Assembly (NCBI RefSeq): GCF_006345805.1
Contig: NC_043013.1
Coordinates: 17,174,001 to 17,238,000, forward strand
DNA: 64,000 nt
Reading direction: 5' to 3'
Origin: Octopus sinensis
Lineage: Eukaryota
Positions 35,629-49,086 of the stretch are shown here, in pieces. The position numbers were made by a program, and so were the translations under genes. The notes under the pieces were generated by a model that worked only from the letters and a program-made list of their open reading frames with translations, was not told the DNA's origin and ran no database searches. Within the stretch, counting starts at the first letter, position 1; every line of letters starts with the position of its first letter.

Positions 35629-38083
35629 CTGATCCATTACAGATTAGTTTAAATCGTTTTCCTTTATTTACTTTATGGATCATACGTGTTTGCTTCTCAT
35701 TAGAAAAAAAAAAATTAAAATTTCTCCTGTGGACAAAAAAGTTTTACAGCTGTTCTTGTTTGTGAGGATATTTTAATCATTTGTAATGCTCGTTTTCCAT
35801 GTTTGCGTGGGTAGGACAGATTTTGTTGAGACAGATTTTCCACAGCCCGGTACCCTTCCTGTCACCAACCCTCACTTGTTTCCAAGGGAGATAATTTTTC
35901 CTTATGTCCAGACATGTTTTCATGGAAGATTGGAAATGAAACACACCACCTGTATGACGACAGTCACACAACATCAAGACAAAAAGACACCAACTCTCTC
36001 TCTCACACACACACACACGATGGGTTTCTTTCAGTTTCTGTCTACCAAATCCACTCACAAGGTTTTGGCTGATCCAGGGTGTTACATAGTGAGACTGAAC
36101 CTGGAACTAAGTGGTTAAGAAGCAAGCCTCTTAACAACACAGCTTCACCTGCATTTGTAAATTTAGTATCTAAAAGATAAAAAAAAAAAATAACACTAGA
36201 AAAGGATGGCCAATGGCAGAATCACTTAAAGTATTTAGCAACATCATTTAAGTTCAGCTCCAACCATCATTCATGGACAAAATAAGTACAACTCATATTT
36301 TGTGGTTGGTTTGATCATGTCCTTTGCATGCTGAAGATGGAGGTTTAACTCTCATCCACACTTCCAGAAACTGAAATTAATAATTGCTCCGTTTTGAAAC
36401 CATTCCAAGACCACAGTATATTACTGGTATAGCTAATAACCATGATCAAGAAGGATTTCCTAAACATGAGAATTCACTCTTCTAAAATTGGATAATCCTA
36501 GATCCCACTCTTTACACAACCCCTCTATCAACTTTTCATTTCCGTTCCCCACTTTTTTTTTCAACCCTGTCACTAATATTAATCCCTTCTCTCTCCCTTG
36601 TTTCTACTATAATTCTCCATCTTCTCACTCCATCCCTTACCCCTCTAAGATCATTGCTCACACTCTCTTCTATTTTCCCTCAGTTATAGGGGCTTCTTTA
36701 GACCCTTAATTGTGCAAGTTACCAGGCAGTCATTTCTGGTGCTGGTAAACCCCCCCCACCCACCAAAAAAAAAAAGAGAAAGAGAAGACAAGGAAACAAA
36801 AGCACACTCAGTAAAGTGGTTGGCATTTAGAAGGGCTTCTAGTCATGGAAGCCATACTGATATGTAGAGATTAGTGTTTGATGCAGTACTTTGATTCGCC
36901 AGACCCTGTCAAACTGTCCAGTCTACACCAACATGGAAACCAGGTGTTAAATGATGATGATGATGAGGATTGTGTTAGGAAGGAAGGAAATCAGGACTTT
37001 ACCTGTTGTTTTCTTCTCTTCTTCCTCCTACTTTTATCACTAACACTGAGTTGAACCCAGAACCTTTTGTTAATCCTTCTTTCCCAGGATGTCATCTCTC
37101 TGGAACTTTCTCCCTGTTGCTGTTCTTACCTTAGAGAAATTTTGCTTTAAAGGAAATAACATTTTTTTTACAAAAAAAAAAAAAAGGAAAAGATCAAATC
37201 CGTTCCTTATACTTGCTCACTATTTTGCCATACTTTGCCATATGGTATTAACAACAACAATGATCATAGCTGTTTTCTGTTCTCTTTTTTTTATATATAT
37301 ATTTCTTTGCCATTCTTGTGTTACCATATGTTCAGTAACAGCTGAGACTTCGAGTAAACTTGTATTGGCTCTCTTAGCTTAGTTTTTGTTACTTTGTTCA
37401 ATAACTACAAATAAGGAAGAGCAGTATAGTAATGGTAGTGGTGGAGGTGGTAGGAGTAGTAGTAGTGATGTTAAATTTGTTACTTTTGTTCTTGCTGCTG
37501 CTACTGCTGAGGTTTGCAAGTTCATTGGACAGTCTTTTTTTTTGTTATTTTGTTATTCATTGTGAAATAGCCACAACCACAGTATTTCACCATGTTGCTT
37601 TCGTTCACAAGGACAGAACAAAAATGGGTATGAAAATGAACATGTGCATATATGCACCTACGCATGCTCACACACACATACAACATACTTGAAACTAAAA
37701 CCAGTAAAATGAAGGATTTAGCGTAGAATTTTAGCTTTAAAAGCCTTCCATAATCTGGAGTGTGTTTTATGAAGTATGACTTCTCATTTTCATCTAAGTT
37801 TTTCTGAAAGAAGGAAGTTTAAAATTTTCACAAAAAATGTAAGTACATCTCCCCTCCTCCACTCTTCCTCATTTAATTCTTTTTATTTATTTACTTATTT
37901 GACTTCTTTATTTTGTTTTCTTTAAATATGAAATTATCACTCTTGACACATCAGTACAACTGGACTAAATTAAATAGCCATCAATACACTATTGAACTAT
38001 GTATGTATATGTGTGGGTGTGTATACAGTCAAAAGGTGAGAGCTAGAGATGCTCAGTCTAGAAAACACATAATAGTGCTCAAA

Positions 38084-38413
38084 TGCACTCCTGCACTGCT
38101 TTTAGTCGAACAAATTGACCCCATGACTTATTCTTTGTATGCCTAGTGCTTATTCTATTAGTCTTTTTTGCTGAACCGCTAAGTTACAGGGATGTAAACA
38201 CACCAACATCAATTGTTAAGCAATGGTGGGAGGACAAACATATATATATGACGTGCTTCTTTCAGTTTCCGTCTACCAAATCCACTCACAAGGCTTTGGT
38301 CGGCCCAAGGCTATAGCAGAAGACACTTGCCCAAAGTGCCATGCAGTGGGACTGAACCTGCGACCATGTAGTTGGTAGGCAAGCTACTCACCACACAGCC
38401 ACTCCTGCTCCTA
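38084..38413 (-). mobile_element. SINE family B
   Basis: Reverse complement of the 26008 family. Confidence 0.82.
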
Positions 38414-39204
38414 CTCACCACATGGCCACTCCTACACTTACACACAGCTCACTTTGTGTGTGTGTGTGTGTGTGTGTGCGTGTGTGTGTGTGTATTTGTA
38501 CATACACACGCACACCCACACATTTATCTGTATATTTAATACATGCTGAAGATGTTTGTGTAAATATATAGATTTTATCACATGCAATACTGAGTAATCT
38601 CTGCCCCCCCCCACTCCTCTCATTCTCTTTCACATGTGTAATTTTATATTTGTATGCGGATACATTTAGCACACCTTCAAAACGTATGCATATCAGTAAA
38701 TACGCAGCTTCATATCACATACTCATACTCTGTCTCCCATACATACATAAATGCATGCATTGGCACAGGCATGGCTGTATGATAAGTTTCCTTCCCAATC
38801 ATATGGTTCCATGTTCAGTCCCACTGCATGGCACCTTCAGCATGTGTCTTTTATTATAGTTTCAAGCCAAACAAAGCCTTGTGAGCGAATTTGGTAAATG
38901 AAAACTGAAAGAAGCCTGTTGTGTATGTCTGTCTGTCTCCTACTACTGCTTGACAACTGGTGTCGGTGTATTTACATCCCCATGACTTAGTGGTTCAGCA
39001 AAAGAGAATGATAGAATAAATACTAGGCTTTAAAAAAATCTTCTGGGGTCAATTTGTTTGACTAAGATTCTTCAAGGCGATGCTCCAGCATGGCCATGGT
39101 CTTATGACTGAAACAGCATACATACATACACATGTACATAGGTATGCCAGTAGAAAAGCAGAAGTCTTTCAACCATACCAGCATGGAACATGGAGATTAA
39201 ATTA

Positions 39205-39361
39205 TGATTTGGCTGTGTGGTTAGGAGCTTGCTTACCAACCACATGGTTCCGGGTTCAGTCCCACTGCGTGGCACCTTGGGCAAGTGATTTCTGCTATAG
39301 CTTCAGGCTGACGAAAGCCTTGTGAGTGGATTTGGTAGATGGAAACTGAAAGAAGCTCATC

Positions 39362-39401
<40 letters not shown>

Positions 39402-39612
39402 TATATGTGTGTGTTTGTGTGTCTGTGTTTGTCCCCTCACCATTGCTTGACAACCGATGCTGGTGTGTTTACGTCCCTGTAACTTAGCAGTTCAGCAAAA
39501 GAGACCAATAGAATAAGCACTAGGCTTACAAAAAATAAGTCCTGGATTTGATTTGTTCAACTAAAGGTGGTGCTCCAGCATTGCCACAGTCAAATGACTG
39601 AAACAAATATAA
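39205..39612 (+). mobile_element. SINE family B
   Basis: Full-length copy with an internal (TG)n; another + copy lies at about 38768-39116. Confidence 0.82.
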
Positions 39613-39886
39613 GAATTTAAAAAATAAAATAAAAATATCATAGGCATAAGCATGGCTGTGTGGTTAAGATGCTTGCTTCCCAACCATTTGGTTCAGGGTT
39701 CAGCCCCATATGTCACCCTGGAAAATTGTCTTCTATAGCCATGGGCCAACCAAAGGGAATGAATTTGGGAGATGGAAACTGAATGAATCCTTTTGTTTAT
39801 GTATCTATATATAATCTCCATATATACATATGGAGATTATATATACATACATATAATCTCTTCATTTTCGTATTTTCCAGTGGTGT

Positions 39887-39917
<31 letters not shown>

Positions 39918-40394
39918 GTTGATTATTTTCAACCATCACCAGTATCACCACCATCACCACCACAACTGCCATACACACACCATTCAGACTTTTGAAGCCA
40001 CCACCATCAATACATTTGACTTCGCAGCCTTCCCCTCCACCACCATCAACACTGACTTTCACATCACTTACTATCACCATCATCCCTAAATGCCCTGGCT
40101 ACCACCACCATAAAGATAGATAGATGGATAGGGAGGGGGAGGAATTTCTTTTCAATTTGGAAAGTTTTTTTTACTATAGCTACTGGCATGAGATAGTTCA
40201 AACCCACTCTTTCTCTCTCTTTTATTATTACTCCCCCTGTCACCATCAACATTACTACTATTAATAAAACATCATCAACTCTCCCTAAATTTCTGTCTCT
40301 CTTTGTCTTTCTTTCTCTTTGTCTGTCTTCACTACCACTCTCACTATCTCTGTGCCTACTATTACTCTCACCCTACCATGAGGAATAGTAGGAG

Positions 40395-40596
40395 TGTCAT
40401 GAAAAGATGATACAGAGGTTGAGTAAGGAGGAGGTCTAGGACTACCCAATTTTAGAAGAGTGAATTCTCATGTTTTGGAAATCCTTCTTGATCATGGTTA
40501 TTAACTGTACCAATGATATACTGTGGTCTTGGAATGGTTTCAAAATGGAGTAATTATTAATTTCAGTTTCTGGAAGTGTATATGAGTTAAACCTCC
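40395..40596 (+). mobile_element. L1/Tx1-like RT fragment (second, inverted copy at about 36339-36545)
   Basis: GGA GGT CTA GGA CTA CCC AAT TTT = GGLGLPNF, a motif typical of the L1/Tx1 ORF2 post-RT region. Family assignment rests on this single motif. Confidence 0.4.
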
Positions 40597-42189
40597 TGCA
40601 TTAGTGACAGGGTTGACAAAAATTGTGTGTGTGTGTGTGTGTGTGAGAAGGAGAGAGAGAGAAAAAATGAGTGTGTATGCAGTCAAAAGGTGAGAGCTGG
40701 AGATACTCAGTCTAGAAAACATAAAAGAAACCAGCCGTACATTGCATTATGGGGAACAGAGTTGGATCAAAAGACATGATCAAACTAACCACAAAATTTC
40801 AGGCCTTGTGTCTACATTAGAATTATTTGTAGTGTGTCAGACAAAATATCTTGTGGTGTGTAGTGACATCACTATATTCAGAGTTCCAATCTTGACAGAA
40901 CCCACTCCACCATTCATGCCATTGTCCATTTGAGGCTTCTCTTGCTCATTGGCCACCATGTATCTGCAATTTAAAAGTTCCTCTCCAAGATACCAACCTG
41001 AAAAAATGAGGGGGTTGTGTTTTGGGGTTTTCTTTTTATAGAAAGCCTACAATTTCTCATATGGCAAGCTCTCCCCTCTCTTCCCATTGATTTACAAATG
41101 AGAGGATGCAAGAGTGTATACATGTGTGTGTGTATTAGCTACTTCACATGTATTTGTAGATACATGTTACACAGCCTCACACACTTCCACACATGTCTAC
41201 ACACACACAAGCACATAGAGCACACACATGCCCACGCATACATATATGCTCCCACACATACACTTTACCCAGGTTACTGTTATCTCCCCTTCCATTCAAT
41301 CACTTCCTTCTAGTCAATTCGACATGTGAAACCGTTAATCCAGACACTTTTTTCTCTCACTTTTTCTCCATTTTCTTTTCTCATTCCTCCCTATCAAAGA
41401 GCATAGGCTCAAAACATAAAAAATTTGTCCATTTTTCCTGAACATCCTTGTTTGTTGTTCTCTCCACAGTGTCTTTTGTTTTTTGTACTATTGAACCATG
41501 TGTGTGTATGTATGTGTGTGTATATATATGTGTGTGTTCTACAGAAAATAAAGGAATTCTTGAATGCAGGATGGCTGTGAAGACAGTTTAGAAAGTCAGA
41601 TAAGTACTCTTTGGAAGATGGAAAAAAATGCCCAGCAAGCCTTCGATTTTCTGTAAAGACTTGCTGGCCACTTTTTCCCATCTTCCCTGATTTGCTGAGC
41701 TGTCTTCACAGCCATCCTGCATTCAAGGATTCTTTTATCTTTTTATAGAATGCTGACACACTCAGCACTGATAAGTTTTTTACAAAATGATGTTTGTGCG
41801 TATGTGAATGCAACACACCCTTGAAATTCCACCAAACACACTGTGACCTGTTTGAACCCCCGTTTTTGACAAAAGGTTTTGAAGCCTGGCCTGAATGGAG
41901 CCACTGATCTCTCTTGTTAGGATTATGAAAAGAGTTCCATTTTACACTCCCAGTTATAATTCTATTCTCAAAATGAGTATCTCATGTATTTGCCAGCAAT
42001 TGTTTGCAAATCTTCACATGTCGTTGAGCCTGACCATTGGGCAACCACTCCACAAAGTGTACTGGGTGTGTTTTTTCATGACACTAGAACTGGTGAGGTC
42101 ACCAGGGACCCCCAAAACATGTCCCATCAACTGTGTGGGATATAGTATTGAGGGATATGAAAGTATGGCCGAGGGACAGGTGCAGTTGC

Positions 42190-42560
42190 TTTGCTGAAGA
42201 AGTAACTACACAGCTTCCCCATCTGGGAAAGGAGAAACAGATGTGATGTCAAGGTACAAGGGGAATATGTGAGAGGGAGAGAACAGAAAAGGAGAGGGAT
42301 TAGATAAGTGCACTAGAGTGAAAAGAGCATCACAGATTAGAGATGGGGATTGATTTGGACACAGTGAATATCTGTTTGGGAGAAGGGAAGGAAAAGCAAT
42401 AAGAGTGAGTCAGGGAGGAGGAAGTAATGAGGGACAGTAGTAGGGATGTAGTATGAAGTGTAGGAGGATAAGTGGTATCGCTGACGATACATTGAAGAGG
42501 CCAGGGTACAGAAGAAAGAAGAAGAAAGAAGACATGCACCCAACACCAGAGCTGAAGGCA
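42190..42560 (-). mobile_element. CR1/L2-group LINE 3' fragment (degenerate)
   Basis: Minus-strand translation has an SFPRWEAV-like and HSYC-like pattern similar in style to 48380-48640; weak. Confidence 0.35.
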
Positions 42561-43730
42561 CCTCCGAAAGGGGGTGCCCTGCCACGTCAAAACAGTAGAG
42601 GAGTAGGGGCCGAAACCGGCCGTGGTTCCTCCTGATGATGCCTTGAACTAACTGGATCCTATAAAGGAGCTGTTGTGGTAGCAGACCACGAAACACGGTT
42701 GTAATTCCTACAGTACCCAAGTGAGTAGTACCACAGAAGACTGATGGAGAGATGGGTGTTAGATCTGGAGTTGTAGCAGAAGGCTCAACAGGACCTCATT
42801 TTTACTGAGACTTTGCTGAGATGGGTGAGTCTTCCCAAACACTGCATATCGCCATTCATCTCAGTCTCCCTTCATCTCCTCTGAAAGGCTCGATGTCTTG
42901 AGGTCAGTCTTCACCACTTCATCCCACATCTTCTTAGCTCCTGCTTTTCCACAGGCTCCTTCTACCTATATAGTGTTGGCTGTAATGGCAAGAACAAAGT
43001 AAAGACTTGATAAGTTTGTGCTGACTGAGATTTTTAGCTTTGTCTGATGACTTATTTGACCAAACTAGATGACTAAGACAACCGACAAAACTTAAAGTCC
43101 CAGTCAAAAAGAATATTATAACAAATCTGATTTTGCTTTCCTTATTGAGCCTTTCTGTCTCCCTTCTTTCCATCAGTGGTGCTTGTTGTTACTTTTAAAC
43201 ATGCTTTAAATAAATTTCACCTAAATTAAGGCCCACATGTCACTAACATATTAAACATGCACATATGAATTAGTTGCCACACATCTTTACTACCACACTA
43301 CACTACCATATGATTTCACTACTATACTAAACTACTACACATCTTCACTATCACACTATATGCACACAGACCTGCACATATGAGCAATCTCACACTACAA
43401 TACCAGGGATGCTCAGAGATTTGTGACTGGTTTTGGTAAATACAAACTGAAAGAAACTCATTGTATGTGCGTGTATGTATGATAATGCTGAAAGCTCAGG
43501 GCTATGGATAAAAGAAATTCTGTTGTGATTTTATTCAACATATCCCCCTCTCAGATTCACATGCTTATTCCAGCAGTCCTTCAGTTTTTCTAAACCTTGT
43601 AAAAGAACTGAGAAGGTTGGGCCTCCAACCAGGCCTTCTGTGATTCTCTTAAAGCCAGAAACTTTACAGCCCCCCCCCCCCGTGTACACACTCACAGACG
43701 TTTGTGTTTACGCATACCCTTGTATTGACA

Positions 43731-43918
43731 AAGGGAATATCACCCTTGCTCAATCAGGTGAGGGTTGGCAACTAGAAAGACATTTGGCCTTGAGAAATGC
43801 CTTAAACGATTTCATCTGACCCAAGGGAATATCACCTTGCTTGCAATCAGGTGAGGGTTGGCAACTAGAAAGACATTTGGCCTTGAGAAATCTGCCTTAA
43901 CGAATTTCATCTGACCCA
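43731..43918. repeat. Tandem duplication of a 92-96-bp repeat-derived segment
   Basis: aagggaatatcacc...ttcatctgaccc occurs at 43731 and 43823. Confidence 0.9.
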
Positions 43919-44982
43919 TGCAAGCATGAAAAAGTGCATATTAAATGATGACGATTTTGTATATGTATTTGTATGTATGTGTGTATTCCACCATATCAGC
44001 AGTGAAAATTATATTTTAAATGATTTTCAAATTGGCTTGTGTACAATAATAAATTATATTTTTGTTCTGTTGCCATAATTGGTGGAGTTATTTACATTCA
44101 GTAAGATAGAAAATGTCTTTAGACGAGACCAAGGAGGGGAGACAGGGGAGAGAGAGATCATAATTTAATAACAACAAAATAAAGCAGATACAAAAGATAA
44201 TAATGCTTAATTGGTTGGACTTCATTTTGTGAGAAAGCAACATTTTATTGTTGTGGCCTCTAATGGTTTTCTGACATTGGTAGTGGGTGGTTGGCATGTG
44301 GTGCTGATGGTAGTGTGGCTATGTTAATGGATAGTGGTTATGGGTGGAAGAGGAGTTTTTTTTTTTTAGAGATGACTATATATGTACTTAGAGAGTTTTT
44401 GCCTACAATGACATTTTTGTGTGTATATGTGTGTGTGTACAATTATATCTGTATATGTTTGTGTGTATATTTTGTACTCTATGTATTTGTATATTATACA
44501 TATGTACATGTATGTAATTAGATAATATAAAATGTGTGTGTGCATATGTAATATCTATATGTCTGTGTGTGTATATGCAGTGTACACACAGCTTACAGCC
44601 AGGGTATTTGAGGCTACTCATACTAGTAACCACACTAAATGTTGTAAAGAACTTGTCATATATTTGGTTGTGTCTCCAGTTTTATATTTTCGTCTTGTCA
44701 TTTGAGACCAGCAGTACCATGTTATCTACGGTAAATACTACAAATAATTCTTATTAATGCTATATGTGTAAATGTGTGTATAGTTATGTATGTGTGTATG
44801 TATATGTGTATATACATCATCATTGTTTAACGTCTGCTTTCCATGCTGGCATGGGTTGGACAGAGGTTGCCAGAGGTTGCACTAGGCTCAATCTGATCTG
44901 GTAAAGTTTCTACAGCTGGATGCCCTTCCTAATGCCAACCACTCCAAGAGTGTAGTGAGTGCTTTTACATATATATACATAA

Positions 44983-45035
<53 letters not shown>

Positions 45036-45279
45036 GTATGGGTACAGGACATCACCAACAGTAAACAATATGAAACACAAAAACAAATACACAAACAATG
45101 AGAGAAACAAATGGAAAACAGGATAAGTATCTCAAAGAACGACCCCTCATCAGTTGTCAGCTGTCCATCTACTCTTCATTTCAAGTGTATATGGATGGAT
45201 ACATATGTATGTGTGTATATATGCATATATATATAGATAGATAGATTGATATGTCATGATGTGTCTTTGTATATGTAAA

Positions 45280-45337
<58 letters not shown>

Positions 45338-45935
45338 CTACATACATACATACATACATACATGCACATACATAAATGTATGTTAACGTGTGTGTGCATG
45401 TGCATATAGAGAAAAAGAGCTTACTGATGCTTGTCTGTGAATACAATATCAAAAATACATTAATCAGAGATTTATTATAATTGCTGTATAAAATGCATTG
45501 AAAACAAAACAAAAGGTGATTTTGAAAGTGACCGTTGAACTTTGACAGTGCAACCTGTAAAAACTGCAATTGTTGTAAAGTTAAGATTGTGGAAATGACA
45601 GGATTCTGCTCTTTTGAGAAAATTAGTTTGATTTTGATAATGACTGTGTACTTAAGTAAGTTTGTAGTCAATTTTACTATTCAGTTTGTACTGTGATACA
45701 CACATGGCCTTGTTAGACAATGTATGATCTGCTTAAAATCCTTGTAACTAATTTATCCTAATTCATGAGATGTATGCAGAACAACGAGAATATAAGCAAT
45801 AACACGTCTATTCCTTCTTAATACCTTCTAGCAGATTCAAAGATGAACATGCTGATTGCTGTTGTATCTTGTCATTGATGAACATCTCCCCTCAGACGAT
45901 GTGTGTTTATAACACGATTTATTGACATAAAAGGA

Positions 45936-45983
45936 CTTTGAGATACCATGGTGTTTCAACCTTGTGTGCCTCTTCAGTCAAAG
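45936..45983 (-). ncRNA. Type-I hammerhead-like motif, left arm of foldback
   Basis: CTTTGA-CTGAAGA-GGC..GTT-GAAA-CACCATGGTA-TC-TCAAAG. Stem I 6 bp perfect, core intact, near-palindromic stem III. Confidence 0.62.
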
Positions 45984-46232
45984 TAACCCAGCATCAATAA
46001 AACTAAACAAGAGTAATGGCTCTTGTTTATAGAAATCAGCAAGCTGTTTGCTGATTTGTATAATATATTAAGGATAACAGATATGTTATTGTTTATATTC
46101 TCACTGTTTTGTGTGCACCTAAGGAGTTGTTATCTGTTTGGCAGACATTAGCATGAATCAGCAAATAATTTGTTTGCTGATCTCTAGAAGCAAGGGACAT
46201 TGCTCTTGTTTAAGTTCATTAATCCAGAGTAG

Positions 46233-46285
46233 CTTTCACTGAAGAGACACACAATGTGGTCGAAACACTCCAATGTCTCTCAAAG
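46233..46285 (+). ncRNA. Type-I hammerhead-like motif, right arm of foldback
   Basis: CTTTCA-CTGAAGA-GAC..GTC-GAAA-CACTCCAATG-TC-TCTCAAAG. Core intact, stem I disrupted. Confidence 0.55.
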
Positions 46286-48379
46286 TCCCTTAATGTCAAG
46301 GAATCAAGTGTTACGAAATACAACAGCACTCAGCTTATTCATGTTCATATCTACTAGGACATTTTAAGAATGAATAGATATGTAACACTCTTTGGATTTT
46401 GTTTTTGTACATGTGGGATTCAGGATTTCAGGCAGGTGGGAATCTATTTTTAATTAAAAAAAAAAAATAAATGCAGATTTTAACTGGACACTGCATTTTA
46501 AATTTTTAGAAAGTTAAAATAAATAATTTAATTGTTTAAACATCTAATATTTTGTATGTAATTTTAAAAGTACTGATGTTGGTGTCACATAAAAAGCACC
46601 GAGTGTGCGCTATAAAGGGGTTGATGTGAGGAAGGGCATCCAGCTGTAGAAGCTATGCCAGAATAGACAAAGGAGCCTGGTGTGGCCCCTGGCCTTACCA
46701 GCTGCTATCAAACCGTCTAACCCATGTCAGCATTGGAACATGGACGTTAAATAATGATGATGTGTTGTCATATTAGATGCAGGCGTGGCCATGTGGCTAT
46801 AAGCTCTAGTTTTCATGATGTCCATGTCTTGTCTTACAGCCTTTAAAGTGCTCACAGAGCAGTCATGATGTTGGCATTTTGATCTGACACAAATTATCCT
46901 CACACAACACTTTCCCAGTATTGAGATGGTTTCTAGTCTCCCATGTCAGCTGAATTTTTCTCTATTACAATTTTAATCTTTGTGCTCTCCAACACCATTG
47001 ACTGTTCACCAATACATCAAGCTGTTCTTGATAACAAAGAAACATTAAAAAATCATTAAATTTAGCCCAAACACCCTGTCTGTCTGTTTGTGTGTGTGTG
47101 TGTGTATTAAAGAAGAGTGTTTATAATTATGAATAAATCACAAATGGAGAGGGTTGCAAAAACCCTTGCATGTTTAGAAATAGCAGTCAAAAACCACTAT
47201 AAAGCCACTATTATCACTCATATCTCCTCACAATAAAGCTGTCTGCAAGTGACACGACATATAAAATCCACAATTTAAAAACAAAAGGTTAATTCTCTAT
47301 TGCAATTTCAAAGTTAGGAACCTATTATACCATATCATAAATGGTATAGTAAAATAACAGATATAAAACAATATAACTGTCTCATTCCTCTCACCAGGAG
47401 AATATTCCTATTGATACAAATTGATACAAAATCATACCTTGGGGCTTACATGTATCCTAACCAGCAAGAATAATGTGTCAACCTCTATCTATGAATTCCA
47501 ATGTCCCATGCACAGCATTTATGAGAAAGGACCACTAATTCGAGCCACCACAAAACACCAGATATGAGTGAGCAAATTAAATAATTAAAAAAGAATGTAA
47601 TAATACATTACAAAGGATATATCATACACAATTAATAATTATTTATGCATATATCAATGGCTACATGTAATCATAAATTACATAAAAGGAGAGTGTTTAT
47701 AATTATGAATAAATCACAATTTTAACGGAGAAGGTTGTAAAAACCCTTACATGTTTATAGTAGTTTTTGACTGCTATTTCTAAGCATATGAGGGTTTTTG
47801 CAATCCTCTCTGTTATAATTTTCTCACCAATAAGAAAAAATTATTACAAGTGCATGCTTCATAATTAATGATGTATTTGGTCTCACTGTAAACTTAGGCC
47901 CTATGGGCTAAGTGACTGGGCTTCCAGAATCTTGGACGAGGATTGAGCTTCATTCATACAGAACAGAGATATAAAAAACTCATCAGGGCTCAGTTGCCAC
48001 TGCCTTCCAAACAGCTAAAAGAAAGTAACTAAAAGCTACTTAGAAAAAATATAAGCATTGTTAGTGGTACAACTTTATTACTACAATGACACAAAGTAGA
48101 CAGCCCAGGTGTAAATAAGTACTATAATACAATAATGGTTTCAAATTTTGGCACAAGCCCAGCAGTTTCAGATGGGAGGTTAAGTCAATTACATTGACCC
48201 CAGTACTCAACTGGTACTTATTTTATTGATCCCAAAAGAATGAAAGGCAAAGTCGACCTCTGCAGAATTTGAACTTAAACTGTAGCAACGGATGAAAAAC
48301 GCTAAGCATTTTGCCCTGAGTGCTAAAGATTCTGCTGTAATAATGCAATAATGATAGTTAAGAAAGTCCCTTGGTTTAA

Positions 48380-48700
48380 CCATGGGGCTCTAGTTTCACA
48401 GATATACTGCCTCTTTTTATCGCCTTCTCCTTCCTGTTCCTTAGAGTGGATTAGTCTCATGCCTCCAGTACTCAGACACCTCGCCAGCTCCACACTAACC
48501 ATTATATCCATCCCTTTTCCCAAAACATCTTCCCTTTGGAATCACCCTCCCTCTGGAACCACCCTCCCTACTTATGTCTTTCCTACAGATGTTGATCTGC
48601 AACTGTTTAAATAGGACATTGTCATCAAGTGCACCTCTCTTGGAGGCCTGTGAAGGTCGGTAGCGCTAAGCCCCTTCCTTCATACTGAACAGTGAACAAA
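48380..48700 (+). mobile_element. CR1/L2-group LINE 3' end
   Basis: FPKTSSLWNHPPSGTTLPTYVFPTDVDLQLFK resembles the FPRTSxLWNxLPxxVFPxxxDLxxFK C-terminus; has an internal duplication and an A-rich end. Confidence 0.55.
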
Positions 48701-49086
48701 AAAATTCTGTATTCATATTTGTAACCTACACTGTACTAGTATTGTAATCATTTAAATCCAAATAGCTACTTTACATATTTTGTAAATGTGTGTGTGTTGT
48801 GCAAGAGAGGGAGAATTTTTAAATATTCGTATGATTGCGCAACTAACTGTCTGCATGTCTGTAAGGTGTACATATTTGCGTAAGCCTCGGTGTCTGTGTG
48901 TGTGTTAGTAGATGCGTGGGTTGGGTGAGCTCGCATTGCTTCACTATATTAAATAAAGCGCAACACTACCCCTACCACATCACGACCACCAACACTATGA
49001 AAGTAAAACAAAACATTGTGTAATGCTATTTCGCTATTTATCATCATCATCATTGTTGTTATTATTATTATCCGTGTGTGTTGTAG

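Noticed and set aside
35072-35652. Long Ser/Leu/Pro- and Arg/Glu/Gly-rich ORFs
   Set aside because: Translation artefacts of the CT tract.
45141-45158. GACAA-CTGATGA-GGGGTC (minus) as a complete hammerhead
   Set aside because: Only the 5' half is present; there is no GAAA/stem III before the element is truncated. Probably a fragment of the same class, but not counted.
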